A stretch of DNA of 64,000 bases, from positions 40,377 through 104,376 of the forward strand of contig JAFGDT010000110.1 in NCBI GenBank assembly GCA_016931965.1, given 5' to 3'. Each line of letters begins with the position of its first letter. Position 1 is the first letter of the stretch. Of the stretch, positions 37,698 to 48,467 are shown in pieces. This DNA is from a bacterium (lineage in GTDB: Bacteria; Zhuqueibacterota; QNDG01; DSAB01). Below the pieces are notes generated by a model, which had not been told where the DNA came from, did no database searches, and saw only the letters and a list, made by a program, of their open reading frames with translations. The translations under genes and the position numbers were made by a program.

Positions 37698-38426
37698 ATG
37701 AATAACAATACCAAAATCCTGGTCATCATTCCAACTTATGATGAGGTGGAAAATATTCAGAAACTGATTCCCCTGGTTCTGGTTCAGGATCCACGTATTG
37801 GTGTACTGGTCATTGATGACGGTTCACCCGACGGTACGGCAGAGCAGGTTGAGAAGATGATGGCTAAAACAGATCATCGGTTGCATCTCATCAAACGTCC
37901 CCGTAAGATGGGTTTGGGAACGGCTTATGTGGATGGATTTAAGTATGCATTGAAAGAGCGGTATGATCTTATCTTCGAAATGGATGCCGATTTTTCCCAC
38001 GATCCAGATGCCATCCCCGAATTTTTAAAAACCATCGAAGATTACGATCTGGTGGTGGGTAGTCGATATATTCGGGGCGTCAATGTGATTAACTGGCCGA
38101 TGTCTCGTCTAATTCTTTCCTGGTTAGCGAATTTTTATACACGTGTGGTGACGGGACTTCCCCTTAAAGATGCTACCAGCGGATATAAGTGTTTTAAAAG
38201 AAATGTACTGGAGGCGATTGATCTGGATAATGTCCATTCGGATGGGTATGCATTTCAAATCGAGATCGACTTTAAAGTGTGGCAGAAAGGATTCCGTCTG
38301 AAAGAAATTCCCATCGTTTTTATCGATCGATATATCGGCATTTCTAAAATGAATCGCAAGATTATCCGGGAAGCCGTGTGGATGGTGTGGAAACTGCGCT
38401 TGTTGAGTCTATTTGGAAAATTATAA
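37698..38426 (+). CDS. GT2 polyprenol-phosphate mannose/glucose synthase (Dpm1/PpmS-like)
   Basis: It contains IIPTYDEVENI, VIDDGSPDGT, a DAD motif and GSRYI, the typical Dpm1-like GT2 motifs. Confidence 0.8.
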   Translation: MNNNTKILVIIPTYDEVENIQKLIPLVLVQDPRIGVLVIDDGSPDGTAEQVEKMMAKTDHRLHLIKRPRKMGLGTAYVDGFKYALKERYDLIFEMDADFSHDPDAIPEFLKTIEDYDLVVGSRYIRGVNVINWPMSRLILSWLANFYTRVVTGLPLKDATSGYKCFKRNVLEAIDLDNVHSDGYAFQIEIDFKVWQKGFRLKEIPIVFIDRYIGISKMNRKIIREAVWMVWKLRLLSLFGKL

Positions 38427-38429
38427 CCG

Positions 38430-40538
38430 ATGGTTACCCTTTCAATTATTGTTGTTAATTATAATGTAAAGCCATTTCTGGAACGGGCATTGCTCTCCAT
38501 ACAAAAAGCATTGGAAGGAATTTCTTCCGAAATATTTGTTGTGGATAACGCTTCTGGAGATGGCAGTGTGACCATGATTAAGGAGCGCTTTCCGGATGTT
38601 CATCTCATCTCAAATGTTGAGAATGCTGGTTTTGCCCGAGCGAATAATCAAGCTCTGCGCTGCGCAAAAGGGAAAATGATCTGTCTGATTAATCCAGATA
38701 CTTTTGTTCAGGAAGACACATTCAAAGTCTGTCTCGATTATTTGGAGAACCATCCATCGGTAGGTGCTGTCGGCTGTAAAATTGTGAATCCTGATGGGAC
38801 CCTGCAGCTTTCCTGCAGAAGGAGCATACCTACCCCCTGGGTTGCTTTTGCCAAAGTGGCGTTTTTAAGTACGTTATTTCCGAAAAGCAAACGATTCGGT
38901 CGCTACAATCTCACCTATCTGAATCCTGATGAAATAACGGAAGTGGAAGCCCTTTCTGGTTCTTTCATGGTCGTGCGGCAAGAGGTGATTGATCAAATCG
39001 GTCTTTTAGATGAAGCCTTCTTTCTCTATGGCGAGGATCTGGATTGGTGTTACCGCATGCAGCAAAAAGGCTGGAAGATCGTCTATCTGCCGGAAACCCA
39101 GATTATCCATTATAAAGGTCGAAGTACAAGAGAAGCTTCTTTTGATACCCAAAGCATCTTTTATGAAGCCATGCGACTCTTTGTCAAGAAGCATTTTGGA
39201 AAAGGGCGGTCGTTTTTACCACGATGGTTTTTGATGTTAGGAATCTGGATTCGGAGATCCATTTCGTTCCTTGTGCGATTTTTCAGCCGTTTGGTTGTGC
39301 CCTTTATTGATTTGGCGTTTCTCCAGTTCAGTTTAATCCTTGCCATCTGGATACGGTTCGGTGATCTTCAATTGTGGGATTACTATCGCGTCGTCAACAT
39401 CGTTTACACGACCATATGGATGATCTGTCTCTATGCGATGGGTTTGTACAAAAAAAGAATCTGTCCTGCATCAAAAGCGATGGAAGGCATTATGATCGGC
39501 TTTCTTCTCAACACGACATGGACTTTCTTTTTTAAAGAGTATGCTTTTTCACGGCAGGTGGTTCTGATTGCGGGTCTGTTGAATGGATTGTGCATAAGCA
39601 TGTGGCGATGGATTTTACGGGCGGCCGTAAAAGGTTATCGTATCCCTTTTTTGGGTCAGCTTGGCATTCATTTTTTCAAGAAGCGTATTCTTATCGTAGC
39701 CGGAGATCAAACAGGACAGCAAATACTCAAACAATTGGGTGAACGAAACGATTCAAGATTTGAAATTGTTGGATTTTTGGGATTATGCGAAAAAGAGACG
39801 CTCCAATCAGAAAACGGAAAAGCGCCGTTTTTAGGCACTTTAAAAGATCTGGATCGTATCGTCTCGGCGCATCGGATTCGGGAGGTGATTTTTTCACAGG
39901 AAGCAGTCAGCACTGAGACTCTGTTGCATGTTATGACCGCTGGAAGATCCATGGATATTCATTTCAAAATGTTCCCAAGAAATCTGGATATCATCACAGG
40001 CAAAACTTCTCTTGAGTATTTGGAAGATGTTCCTCTGCTCGATTTGGAATTTAAAATCTACTCCGGGCCCAATCAACTTTTGAAACGCATCATGGATATA
40101 TCGATAACCTGTTTACTGCTCCCCGTTCTATTGCCGATTTTGGCTTATCTATGGATTCATCCGTCGTTTCGATTTAAAAAGGCATTGATATCGGATGGAA
40201 TGGGTCACGCGCTCTCTGTACGACAGCTCTTTAAGAACGATCGTAAAGTGGATCACTGGCTGCGCAATATTCCTCTTTATTCAGAGGTTCTAAGGGGGCG
40301 TATGAGTTTGGTTGGATCAGAAATGATGGACTATTCAGATTCAGACACTGGAAGAGGCGTCAAACCCGGATTAACAGGATTGGTCCAGATCAATGCTGAC
40401 AGGAAGCTGCCGGAAGGGGATAAAAAGAAATACAATTTATATTATATAAGAAATTATACACCTCTTTTGGATGCAAAAATATTGTTGAGAAGTCTTTTAT
40501 CATTTAAACGACAGACAGGCAATATTTTGGGGAGATAA
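38430..40538 (+). CDS. fusion of a GT2 glycosyltransferase with a polyprenyl glycosylphosphotransferase-like (WbaP-type) protein
   Basis: An N-terminal GT2 domain ([19 protein letters not shown]) is followed by a membrane region, a Rossmann-like segment, and a C-terminal Bac_transf-like domain ending [12 protein letters not shown]. Several of the canonical Bac_transf residues are diverged. Confidence 0.7.
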   Translation: MVTLSIIVVNYNVKPFLERALLSIQKALEGISSEIFVVDNASGDGSVTMIKERFPDVHLISNVENAGFARANNQALRCAKGKMICLINPDTFVQEDTFKVCLDYLENHPSVGAVGCKIVNPDGTLQLSCRRSIPTPWVAFAKVAFLSTLFPKSKRFGRYNLTYLNPDEITEVEALSGSFMVVRQEVIDQIGLLDEAFFLYGEDLDWCYRMQQKGWKIVYLPETQIIHYKGRSTREASFDTQSIFYEAMRLFVKKHFGKGRSFLPRWFLMLGIWIRRSISFLVRFFSRLVVPFIDLAFLQFSLILAIWIRFGDLQLWDYYRVVNIVYTTIWMICLYAMGLYKKRICPASKAMEGIMIGFLLNTTWTFFFKEYAFSRQVVLIAGLLNGLCISMWRWILRAAVKGYRIPFLGQLGIHFFKKRILIVAGDQTGQQILKQLGERNDSRFEIVGFLGLCEKETLQSENGKAPFLGTLKDLDRIVSAHRIREVIFSQEAVSTETLLHVMTAGRSMDIHFKMFPRNLDIITGKTSLEYLEDVPLLDLEFKIYSGPNQLLKRIMDISITCLLLPVLLPILAYLWIHPSFRFKKALISDGMGHALSVRQLFKNDRKVDHWLRNIPLYSEVLRGRMSLVGSEMMDYSDSDTGRGVKPGLTGLVQINADRKLPEGDKKKYNLYYIRNYTPLLDAKILLRSLLSFKRQTGNILGR

Positions 40539-40542
40539 ATAC

Positions 40543-41499
40543 ATGGCAGAATTTGTGTTGGATTTTGAAAAACCCATTGTCGAGCTGGAAAAGAAGATAG
40601 CTGAAATGAAAAATTATACAGCTGAAGAAAATGTGGAACTCGTCGATGAGATCAAACGGATGGAATCCCGGCTCGAAAAATTGATGATAGATACCTATTC
40701 AAAGCTCACCCGCTGGCAGCGCGTACAATTGGCACGGCATCCCAATCGGCCCTATACCCTTGATTATATAGAGAGAATTTTTACCGATTTTGTTGAGCTT
40801 CACGGAGATCGGCTCTTTTCGGATGATCCCGCTCTGGTCAGCGGATTGGCAAAACTGGATGGTCTTCCCATTATGGTGTTGGGGCAGCAGAAGGGACGAA
40901 CAACCAAAGAGAAGTTGTATCGAAATTTCGGCATGCTTAATCCCGAGGGGTATCGCAAGGCATTGCGGTTGATGAAAATGGCTGTGAAATTTCATCGGCC
41001 GATTGTTGTATTTATCGATACACCGGGAGCTTACCCCGGTCTCGGTGCGGAAGAGAGAGGTCAAGGAGAAGCCATAGCCAGAAATCTTTTTGAGATGTCC
41101 CACCTGGCTGTGCCTATTCTTGTTCTTATCATTGGAGAAGGCGCTTCAGGTGGTGCTTTGGGAATCGGAGTCGGGGATCGCATTCTCATGATGGAAAACG
41201 GATGGTATTCCGTCATCTCTCCGGAGGGGTGTGCTGCCATTCTCTGGAGGGATAACGCCAAGGCCAATATGGCCGCCGAAGCGCTCAAATTGGCTGCATC
41301 CGATTTGATTGAACTGGGAGTCATTGACGGTATTATCAAAGAGCCGATCGGCGGTGCACATCGCGATGTGGATGGTGCCGCGAAGATATTAAAGAAGACA
41401 ATCATCGATGAACTGAATAAACTTAGCGCTATCAGTACGGAAGATCTCGTTAAAAATCGGCTGGAAAAGTACGCGAAAATGGGTTTTTTTGATGAATGA
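40543..41499 (+). CDS. accA: acetyl-CoA carboxylase carboxyltransferase subunit alpha
   Basis: It contains [20 protein letters not shown] and [13 protein letters not shown], and is conserved across its full length. Confidence 0.95.
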   Translation: MAEFVLDFEKPIVELEKKIAEMKNYTAEENVELVDEIKRMESRLEKLMIDTYSKLTRWQRVQLARHPNRPYTLDYIERIFTDFVELHGDRLFSDDPALVSGLAKLDGLPIMVLGQQKGRTTKEKLYRNFGMLNPEGYRKALRLMKMAVKFHRPIVVFIDTPGAYPGLGAEERGQGEAIARNLFEMSHLAVPILVLIIGEGASGGALGIGVGDRILMMENGWYSVISPEGCAAILWRDNAKANMAAEALKLAASDLIELGVIDGIIKEPIGGAHRDVDGAAKILKKTIIDELNKLSAISTEDLVKNRLEKYAKMGFFDE

Positions 41500-41911
41500 T
41501 TCGACAAAAAAACCAGAGCATATTCATTCCGTTCGCGTCAGATACGCCGATGTGGACCGGATGGGTTTTGTTTATCATACACGGTATTTGGAATGGTTTG
41601 AAGCAGCAAGAACGGAATTGATCCGAACAATGGGGAAATCGTATTGTGAACTGGAGGAAGAGGGAACGTTCCTTCCTGTGGTGGAGGCCTATTGCCGGTA
41701 TCGACGACCAGTCAGATATGATGAGCTGGTTCGCATCAGAACAATTGTTGGGGAAGTGACGAAGTCGAAATTGCGTTTAGAATATCAATTGTGGGGGGAA
41801 GAGGATCGGATTATCAGAGTCGAAGGATACACCTCACATTGTTTTATGAATGCATCGGGCAAGCCGATGCGTGCTTCTCAATCTTTAATCGATTTTTTCT
41901 TGACTATTTGA
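41489..41911 (+). CDS. acyl-CoA thioesterase (YbgC/4HBT hotdog fold)
   Basis: [27 protein letters not shown] matches the YbgC/4HBT fold. Confidence 0.8.
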   Translation: MMNDSTKKPEHIHSVRVRYADVDRMGFVYHTRYLEWFEAARTELIRTMGKSYCELEEEGTFLPVVEAYCRYRRPVRYDELVRIRTIVGEVTKSKLRLEYQLWGEEDRIIRVEGYTSHCFMNASGKPMRASQSLIDFFLTI

Positions 41912-42001
41912 GGATAATGGTTACATCCACAAAAGTGGATGTGGGCCAAGCATGCTTGCTTTTGGAGACGGATCATGGCAATCTTTAGAATGATACGGTA
42001 C

Positions 42002-42955
42002 ATGAGACGATGTCTATTGTTTCCCATTGTTATTGTTATTTTTAAAGGTGTTCATTCACAGGAGAACCCTACTATGGAAACGGAAACACTTTCACTGGCT
42101 GAACAACTGGGGTATTCGAAAGAAGCCAAGCTTTTGATTGTGCATGCGGATGACATCGGTTTGTCGCATTCTGTCAATGAAGCTTCCATTCAAGCTTTTC
42201 AATATGGTATTGTCCGTTCCGGCAGCATCATGGTTCCCTGTCCCTGGTTTTCTGAGATCGCCGATTATGCAAAACAGTACCCGGAAATGGATCTGGGCAT
42301 CCATTTAACGCTTACCAGTGAATGGAAGCTCTATAGATGGGGATCCGTTTCTCCGACTTTCGATGTGCCTACTCTGTTGAACGATCAAGGTTTTTTTTAT
42401 CCGAGCAATGCCGAAGTTATGGTGGATGTCAATCCGGATGAAGTCGAAAAGGAATTGCGGGCACAGATTGACCGTGCCTTGGCCTTTGGTATTCAACCTT
42501 CTCACTTCGACAGCCATATGGGTACCCTTTTTGAATCGCCCGATCTGTTTCATATCTATCTTCGACTTTCTCGCGACTATAAGATCCCCGTTTTTTTGCC
42601 CCGCGAGGTTATTGAGCAATCCTCGCCTGAGCTGTCGGCAAGTCTGCAACGAGACGGCTTTTTGATGATTGATCGATACATGATGGCCCATTCCAATGTG
42701 TCTGCCGATGGATGGATAGAATTTTATTCGGATTTGATCAGGAATTTAAAACCCGGGATCACACAGATCATTATTCATTTTGGTTTTGATAATGAAGAGT
42801 TGCGTGCGATATCTATCGATCATCCCGATTATGGAGCTGCATGGAGACAACGGGATTTTGATGTGTTTACCAGCGATATGATCAAAGATCTCATTGAAGA
42901 GAATGATATACATCCCATTACATGGCGGGAAATCGGGAAACTTTTAGGAGAGTAA
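42002..42955 (+). CDS. ChbG/HpnK (YdjC) family carbohydrate deacetylase, secreted
   Basis: The signal peptide MRRCLLFPIVIVIFKG is followed by LLIVHADDIGLSHSVNEA and GIHLTLTSEW. The ORF caller's upstream start at 41939 overlaps the thioesterase gene. Confidence 0.75.
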   Translation: MRRCLLFPIVIVIFKGVHSQENPTMETETLSLAEQLGYSKEAKLLIVHADDIGLSHSVNEASIQAFQYGIVRSGSIMVPCPWFSEIADYAKQYPEMDLGIHLTLTSEWKLYRWGSVSPTFDVPTLLNDQGFFYPSNAEVMVDVNPDEVEKELRAQIDRALAFGIQPSHFDSHMGTLFESPDLFHIYLRLSRDYKIPVFLPREVIEQSSPELSASLQRDGFLMIDRYMMAHSNVSADGWIEFYSDLIRNLKPGITQIIIHFGFDNEELRAISIDHPDYGAAWRQRDFDVFTSDMIKDLIEENDIHPITWREIGKLLGE

Positions 42956-43063
42956 ATAAAAAATAACAGTATGTTCCAAAATATGCACGCTCTTAATTTC
43001 AAATCTTTTCATTCTTTATAAAATCTCTTGAATATACATTCCTAAAAATCTTATATTGATAGC

Positions 43064-44578
43064 GTGGGTGAAGATTCAAACCATATTTTTCCGAAAGAAA
43101 AGGTGTCATATTTGATACAGCATTTTGCCGATCATAAAATCAGCTCTGCACTGAATCGAATAGATCAATCTTTTCACATCCATCGATCTATTTTACTTGT
43201 CATCGTATGGATCATGGTTTTTGGGGAAGTGTGTGGTCAAAACGGTCCGCCGAATGCCGATCATTTATGGTTGAACAAATATTCTAACCCTATATTTGCG
43301 GCGGATCTTATCCTTGCAGCTGTTCTTCCTGACCGGCAATCGGTTTCAACATCCCAATTCACACCACAGCCTGGATCGAGAATCCGTATCGATGAAGCCC
43401 GATTTGCAGACATTGATCGTCATGCCCTGAGGGCTCCACAATCGGTCAGGCATTCCGTCGAGCGTTTGGCCGCTTATCTCACTGAACCGTGCCGAAATGA
43501 TCTCGAGAAAGTTCGGTCGATTTACCGCTGGATTACCGAAAATATTTCGTATGATGTCGAGGGTTATCGATCGGGGAATTATGGAGATTTAAGTCCTGAA
43601 AGTGTACTGAGCAGTGGCAGTGCCGTCTGTTCAGGATATACCGGATTGTTCGGGATGTTGGCAGATGCCTCTGGAATCGAGGTGATTGAAATCAGTGGGT
43701 GGGCAAAAGGCATCGGATATGAAGCCGGGGATCCGATCCTGGGTCCAACAAACCATGCCTGGAATGCTGTGAAGATTGGTGATGGATGGTATCTTATCGA
43801 TTCCACATGGGGAGCCGGTTCATCGGATGGCATCCGTTTTGTCCGCCAATTTGAGGAACACTATTTTCTCACGCCACCCGAACAGTTTATCTTTGATCAC
43901 CTTCCGGAAGATCCGTCCTGGCAACTGCTTGAATATCCTTTATCAGAATCTCAATTTGTTCATCTTCCTCATGTTAAATCGCACTTTTTTCGGAATGGTT
44001 TGGAGATCGTAAGTCATTTCCAAAGTGTCGTCGAAACAGACCATCAAATTTCGATTGCGCTTCAGACCTCTTTGGATTTATCGCTCTCGGCGCGTCTCAT
44101 ACGGAATGGTCAATCCCTCGACCAGTCACTGACTTTTACTCAGAGGACGGAAAATAGTCAATATCAGATCAATGCACTTTTTCCTGCCCCATCCGACTAT
44201 ATTCTCAGAATATTTGTCAGGCCCATTGAGGAGAACGGTCCCTACTGGCAGGCCATCGATTATAAAATAAAAGTGGGTAGGGGTATGCCGGGCCCGATCG
44301 GATTTCCCGAGATTATGGGTGCATTTGCAAAATATGGTGTCACCTTACATGCCCCCAGATCTGGTTATCTCAAAATTGGTGAGGTGGAGCCATTTATACT
44401 CTATGTGCCAAAGGCACGAAAGGTAGCCGTGATCATGGGCGATTCATGGTTTCATCTAAAAGAAAACAATGGATTCTTTGAAGGGAATGTGAAGGTTCAA
44501 GAGGGTGAGATCAGAGTTTGTGCGGAGTTTCTTCGTGAAGGACAGTATGAGTGTTTGCTTCAATATACAGCTTTTTAA
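43064..44578 (+). CDS. transglutaminase-like cysteine-protease-fold protein
   Basis: SSGSAVCSGYTGLFGML (the catalytic Cys), HAWNAVKIGDGWYLIDSTW (His) and the downstream Asp are present. The start is uncertain. Confidence 0.7.
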   Translation: MGEDSNHIFPKEKVSYLIQHFADHKISSALNRIDQSFHIHRSILLVIVWIMVFGEVCGQNGPPNADHLWLNKYSNPIFAADLILAAVLPDRQSVSTSQFTPQPGSRIRIDEARFADIDRHALRAPQSVRHSVERLAAYLTEPCRNDLEKVRSIYRWITENISYDVEGYRSGNYGDLSPESVLSSGSAVCSGYTGLFGMLADASGIEVIEISGWAKGIGYEAGDPILGPTNHAWNAVKIGDGWYLIDSTWGAGSSDGIRFVRQFEEHYFLTPPEQFIFDHLPEDPSWQLLEYPLSESQFVHLPHVKSHFFRNGLEIVSHFQSVVETDHQISIALQTSLDLSLSARLIRNGQSLDQSLTFTQRTENSQYQINALFPAPSDYILRIFVRPIEENGPYWQAIDYKIKVGRGMPGPIGFPEIMGAFAKYGVTLHAPRSGYLKIGEVEPFILYVPKARKVAVIMGDSWFHLKENNGFFEGNVKVQEGEIRVCAEFLREGQYECLLQYTAF

Positions 44579-44880
44579 AGTTTATTGGATCTTGATGGGT
44601 TTATTTTAAGTGATTCTTTTTTGGAGATAAACAGTAACCTGCCTTTGCCGATTTCAGTTTTCATTTAGTAATTGAAAATTCAATGATCGGTATAACTTTT
44701 TCTTGGAATTTATAAAATGATTTGTTAATATTTATGTTCTATTGAAATTGTATATGACAAACAGCGTTGGGGAATGGTGAAACCATTTGGCCACATCATA
44801 AGAAAAGACTTTATGCGATCGCTTTATTCAACAATCGATCTTTGATCACAATCCATTTATTTCAAAAGGAGGGTATCAAC

Positions 44881-45324
44881 ATGAACCGTTTTAAAAGTAT
44901 GATGATTGTTCTGATTTTTCTTGTTGCTATTTCACTGCCGCATCTGGTGGGTGCACAGTCCTACGCAGAACAGGTGTGGGAGCAACTTCAGGATGATTAT
45001 GATTATTTTAGTGAGTATGGAGATTATTATTTACTCAATTATGTCATCGGTACACTTGACGAAGATGCAAAGGATTATTGGACGTGGAATTTTTACGGCG
45101 GTGATGAATATCTCATTACGGCAGCCTGTGATTATGATTGTACTGATATCGATATCACCATTAAAGACAGTTATGGAAATATTTTACAGGAAGATACGCG
45201 AACCGATGATCAACCCTATGTCGAGTTCTCTCCAAGTGCTACGGGTGACTATCAAATCGAAATACATATGTATTCCTGTGACGAAGAACCCTGTTATTAT
45301 GGTTTCGGGATTTTTGTCAAGTAA
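44881..45324 (+). CDS. small secreted acidic Cys-containing protein (PPC-like beta-sandwich?)
   Basis: The signal peptide MNRFKSMMIVLIFLVAISLPHLVGA has GGAGGG upstream. The protein is Asp/Tyr-rich with Cys pairs. I found no firm family match. Confidence 0.45.
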   Translation: MNRFKSMMIVLIFLVAISLPHLVGAQSYAEQVWEQLQDDYDYFSEYGDYYLLNYVIGTLDEDAKDYWTWNFYGGDEYLITAACDYDCTDIDITIKDSYGNILQEDTRTDDQPYVEFSPSATGDYQIEIHMYSCDEEPCYYGFGIFVK

Positions 45325-45437
45325 ATAACGCGATTGAAATAGAGTCATTCTTGAATATTGAAAATGAGTCGTTTTACTCGCGATCATTTCAACACGTGTT
45401 TCATTTTTCAATAGGATTAAATTGGAGAAAAATAAAA

Positions 45438-45995
45438 ATGAAGCAAACGATGTTGTCGCCTTTTTTTATCATGATTTTAATGTTATCATGTGTTATTTTT
45501 CTCATTGGCGATGATGGTCGAGATCAAAACGAGCCGATCACTGTGGACATGGTTGATTTAGGCCGCTATGTCGGTCTTTGGTATGAAATAGCCAAAATCC
45601 CCAATCGGTTTCAGCGTCAATGTGAACGGAATACGACAGCCCAATACATGCTTCGGGAAGATGGGAAAATAGATGTGGTGAATCGGTGTGTTGATGAAAA
45701 TGGAGAAATGGTTGAAGCCAAAGGGATTGCAAAAATCGTTGATGGGGTTTCAAATGCAAAGCTGAAAGTCAGCTTTGTTCGATTGCTGGGTATATCCCTG
45801 TTCTGGGGTGATTACTGGATTATCGGATTGGATGAAAATTATCAATACGCCGTGGTCGGAACGCCAGACAGAAGGTATGGCTGGATACTGAGCCGAAAAC
45901 CGGAGCTGTCGCAGGAAGAGATGGATCGTGTATTTGCCATGTTACATGAACAAGGTTACAATCCAGAAGATTTTGAAATGACCTTGCATTTGTAG
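45438..45995 (+). CDS. blc: bacterial lipocalin (Blc-like) lipoprotein
   Basis: DLGRYVGLWYEIAKIPNRFQRQCERNTTAQY matches the Blc motif (YLGxWYEIARxPxxFE). It has a signal peptide with Cys. Confidence 0.8.
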   Translation: MKQTMLSPFFIMILMLSCVIFLIGDDGRDQNEPITVDMVDLGRYVGLWYEIAKIPNRFQRQCERNTTAQYMLREDGKIDVVNRCVDENGEMVEAKGIAKIVDGVSNAKLKVSFVRLLGISLFWGDYWIIGLDENYQYAVVGTPDRRYGWILSRKPELSQEEMDRVFAMLHEQGYNPEDFEMTLHL

Positions 45996-46142
45996 GGAAA
46001 TCGATTATAATTTTTACAATATGCTAAATAAAGAGGAATTCCTCGTGATCAATGATTTTCCTCTTTTTTTAAGTTCAACGATCGATTTGATATCATTTGC
46101 ATCAGAAATTTATAAATCAGAGGAAGAAGAAGAGGGCGTGGT

Positions 46143-46664
46143 TTGGTTCAAAAACATAAGCATCAGAAACTCCATAAGTCACGCGAGGACCTAACCGGAG
46201 AACATAAGATTGGGGATTTTGGGCAAGCTATATTCGGGTGTTTGTTTGCATTTGTATGGATATCGGATACCCATTTTTATCAGATCACGACCGCTTTGAA
46301 TTATCATATTCCCAGTTATGTCAGGATACCCAGTGGGATTATTTTATTGATTCTATCCGCCTCCCTGGCCATGACGGGACTCTATGTTGTGTTTATAGAA
46401 AAGAGAGAAAAACCGGTTGTGATCAGGAAAGGCGTGTTCGGTTTCGTACGGCATCCGATTTATCTTAGTGAAATACTTCTCTATCTTGGCTTCTTCATGT
46501 TCAGTTTGTCATTGGCCGCTTTATGCGTATTGATTATGGCCAGTTTGTTTCTGTATTTCCTCTCACGCTATGAAGAAAAACTGCTGCTGGCCCGTTTTGG
46601 AGCATCCTATAAAAAATATATGCAGGAAGTGGGTATGTGGATTCCGCGATTCTGGAGAAAATGA
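46143..46664 (+). CDS. isoprenylcysteine carboxyl methyltransferase (ICMT/PEMT)-family membrane methyltransferase
   Basis: VFGFVRHPIYLSEILLYLGFF is the RHPxY motif, and the protein has multiple TM helices. Confidence 0.7.
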   Translation: MVQKHKHQKLHKSREDLTGEHKIGDFGQAIFGCLFAFVWISDTHFYQITTALNYHIPSYVRIPSGIILLILSASLAMTGLYVVFIEKREKPVVIRKGVFGFVRHPIYLSEILLYLGFFMFSLSLAALCVLIMASLFLYFLSRYEEKLLLARFGASYKKYMQEVGMWIPRFWRK

Positions 46665-46761
46665 CGACTATTATGTCATCATGGGCCAGTAGGTATGGTT
46701 TTCTTTATTAATTGGAAAGAGAGAGAGTAGAGATCAGGTCAATAATGAAGGGCAATCGGTT

Positions 46762-47634
46762 ATGCGTATTGATAAAGAAATACAAAAGCAGTTGTTGATA
46801 TTTCAGAAGAATGAAAAAACAGAATATCACATTTATATGAAACTGGCAAGGAAGGTTCAATGCCCTGAGAATCGAAAGATTTTGAAAAGTATTGCCGAGG
46901 ATGAACTGAAACATTACGAATTCTGGCGCACATTGACCCAGTCCGATGTGAAACCCAACCAATGGAAAATCGGGATTTACTATCTCATCAGTCGTATCTT
47001 TGGTTTTACATTCGGTATCAAACTGATGGAGAACGGAGAGGGTGATGCGCAGGATAATTATCAGCAACTCGTCACACTGTTCCCTGAAGTGAAGAATATC
47101 GTTCAGGATGAAAATGACCATGAAGAAACCTTGATCCGTCTTTTAGACGAGGAACGGCTGCGATATATCGGGTCGATTGTTCTGGGTTTGAATGATGCGC
47201 TTGTCGAATTAACGGGAGCATTAGCCGGTCTGACACTGGCTCTCCAAAACACACAGTTAATTGCATTAACGGGTCTGATTACGGGAATCGCCGCAGCGCT
47301 TTCCATGGCGGCTTCGGAATATCTTTCTACGAAATCAGAGGATACGGCTCAGAATCCGATGAAGGCTTCTATTTATACAGGCAGTGCTTATGTAATGACT
47401 GTGATCATACTCATCCTCCCTTATTTGATCTTCGATAATTATTATCTGTGTCTGGCGCTGACACTGACTGCGGCCATCCTCATCATCGCATTTTTCAACT
47501 ATTATATTTCAGTGGCAAAGGAAGTTCCATTTAAAAATCGTTTTCTTGAAATGGCCGGACTGAGTTTGAGTGTAGCAATTTTAAGTTTTTTTATAGGATA
47601 CCTTATTCGCATGTTTTTGGGAGTTGATGTTTAG
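46762..47634 (+). CDS. fusion of a ferritin-like (rubrerythrin) domain with a VIT1/CCC1 iron/manganese transporter
   Basis: An N-terminal ferritin-like domain with EDELKHYEFW is followed by the C-terminal VIT1 region GLNDALVELTGALAGL...AASEYLS. Confidence 0.8.
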   Translation: MRIDKEIQKQLLIFQKNEKTEYHIYMKLARKVQCPENRKILKSIAEDELKHYEFWRTLTQSDVKPNQWKIGIYYLISRIFGFTFGIKLMENGEGDAQDNYQQLVTLFPEVKNIVQDENDHEETLIRLLDEERLRYIGSIVLGLNDALVELTGALAGLTLALQNTQLIALTGLITGIAAALSMAASEYLSTKSEDTAQNPMKASIYTGSAYVMTVIILILPYLIFDNYYLCLALTLTAAILIIAFFNYYISVAKEVPFKNRFLEMAGLSLSVAILSFFIGYLIRMFLGVDV

Positions 47635-47804
47635 ATTGAAATACATTATTGAAATCGGTTTTCATCGTTAAAATACTCCCTATGCTTCGTTCTATTCTCT
47701 CTTCGTGAAATGTACTTTTCTCTTGACTTTTGAAAAGGGAATTCCCTTATTAGATACATCCTATAAGGTTAAATATCACTATGCAAAAATAGGAGATCGG
47801 ATCG

Positions 47805-48338
47805 ATGGTGAAAAAATTTTGTTTTGTCGGAATCGTACTTGTCTTGATACTATTGAGTTGCTCATCGGTCAGGGTGATGGTCAACTACGATGAGACCGTC
47901 TCATTCAGTAATTACCGCACATTCCGATTTGTCAGTCCGAGACGGCAACAGAACGACCGGCCCGGTGCTGTGACCAATCCACTGATTACCGGAGATGTCA
48001 TGCGCGAAATCAGGCCCATTATGGAATCCAAGGGATTTTCAGAAGCAACCTCTGAAGAAACGGCGGATTTACTGGTCGTCTTTTATGCAATGATTCAGAA
48101 TCGCTCCGATTACGTACCCCCAACATATACAGTCGGTCGTTGGGGACGTGTTCGACGAACGAGCCCCGGTCATACGATCCAGTACAGAGAAGGTACACTG
48201 GTGATTGATATTGTCGATCGGCAGAAAAGAGAGATGATCTGGCAAGGAATCGGAAGGGGAGTGCTGGACCGGAACGATCCAGCTGAGAACCTTGTTGAAA
48301 GCGTTCAGGAAATTCTGGAATCTTTTCCACCGCAATAG
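47805..48338 (+). CDS. DUF4136-like lipoprotein
   Basis: It has a lipoprotein signal (ILLSCSS) and is about 170 aa. The family assignment is tentative. Confidence 0.5.
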   Translation: MVKKFCFVGIVLVLILLSCSSVRVMVNYDETVSFSNYRTFRFVSPRRQQNDRPGAVTNPLITGDVMREIRPIMESKGFSEATSEETADLLVVFYAMIQNRSDYVPPTYTVGRWGRVRRTSPGHTIQYREGTLVIDIVDRQKREMIWQGIGRGVLDRNDPAENLVESVQEILESFPPQ

Positions 48339-48374
48339 CCAATACATCAAATAAGCTGACTTTAGAATATTGAA

Positions 48375-48402
48375 GAGGCGAGAATCATGCTCGCCTCTTT
48401 GG
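48375..48402 (+). terminator. Rho-independent terminator
   Basis: GAGGCGAG-aatcat-CTCGCCTC is followed by TTTGGTCT. Confidence 0.6.
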
Positions 48403-48467
48403 TCTAAGACTCCATACAGGACTGTTCATTTATTATTATTGAAAGTCAAAACAAGGTTATAGAAATC

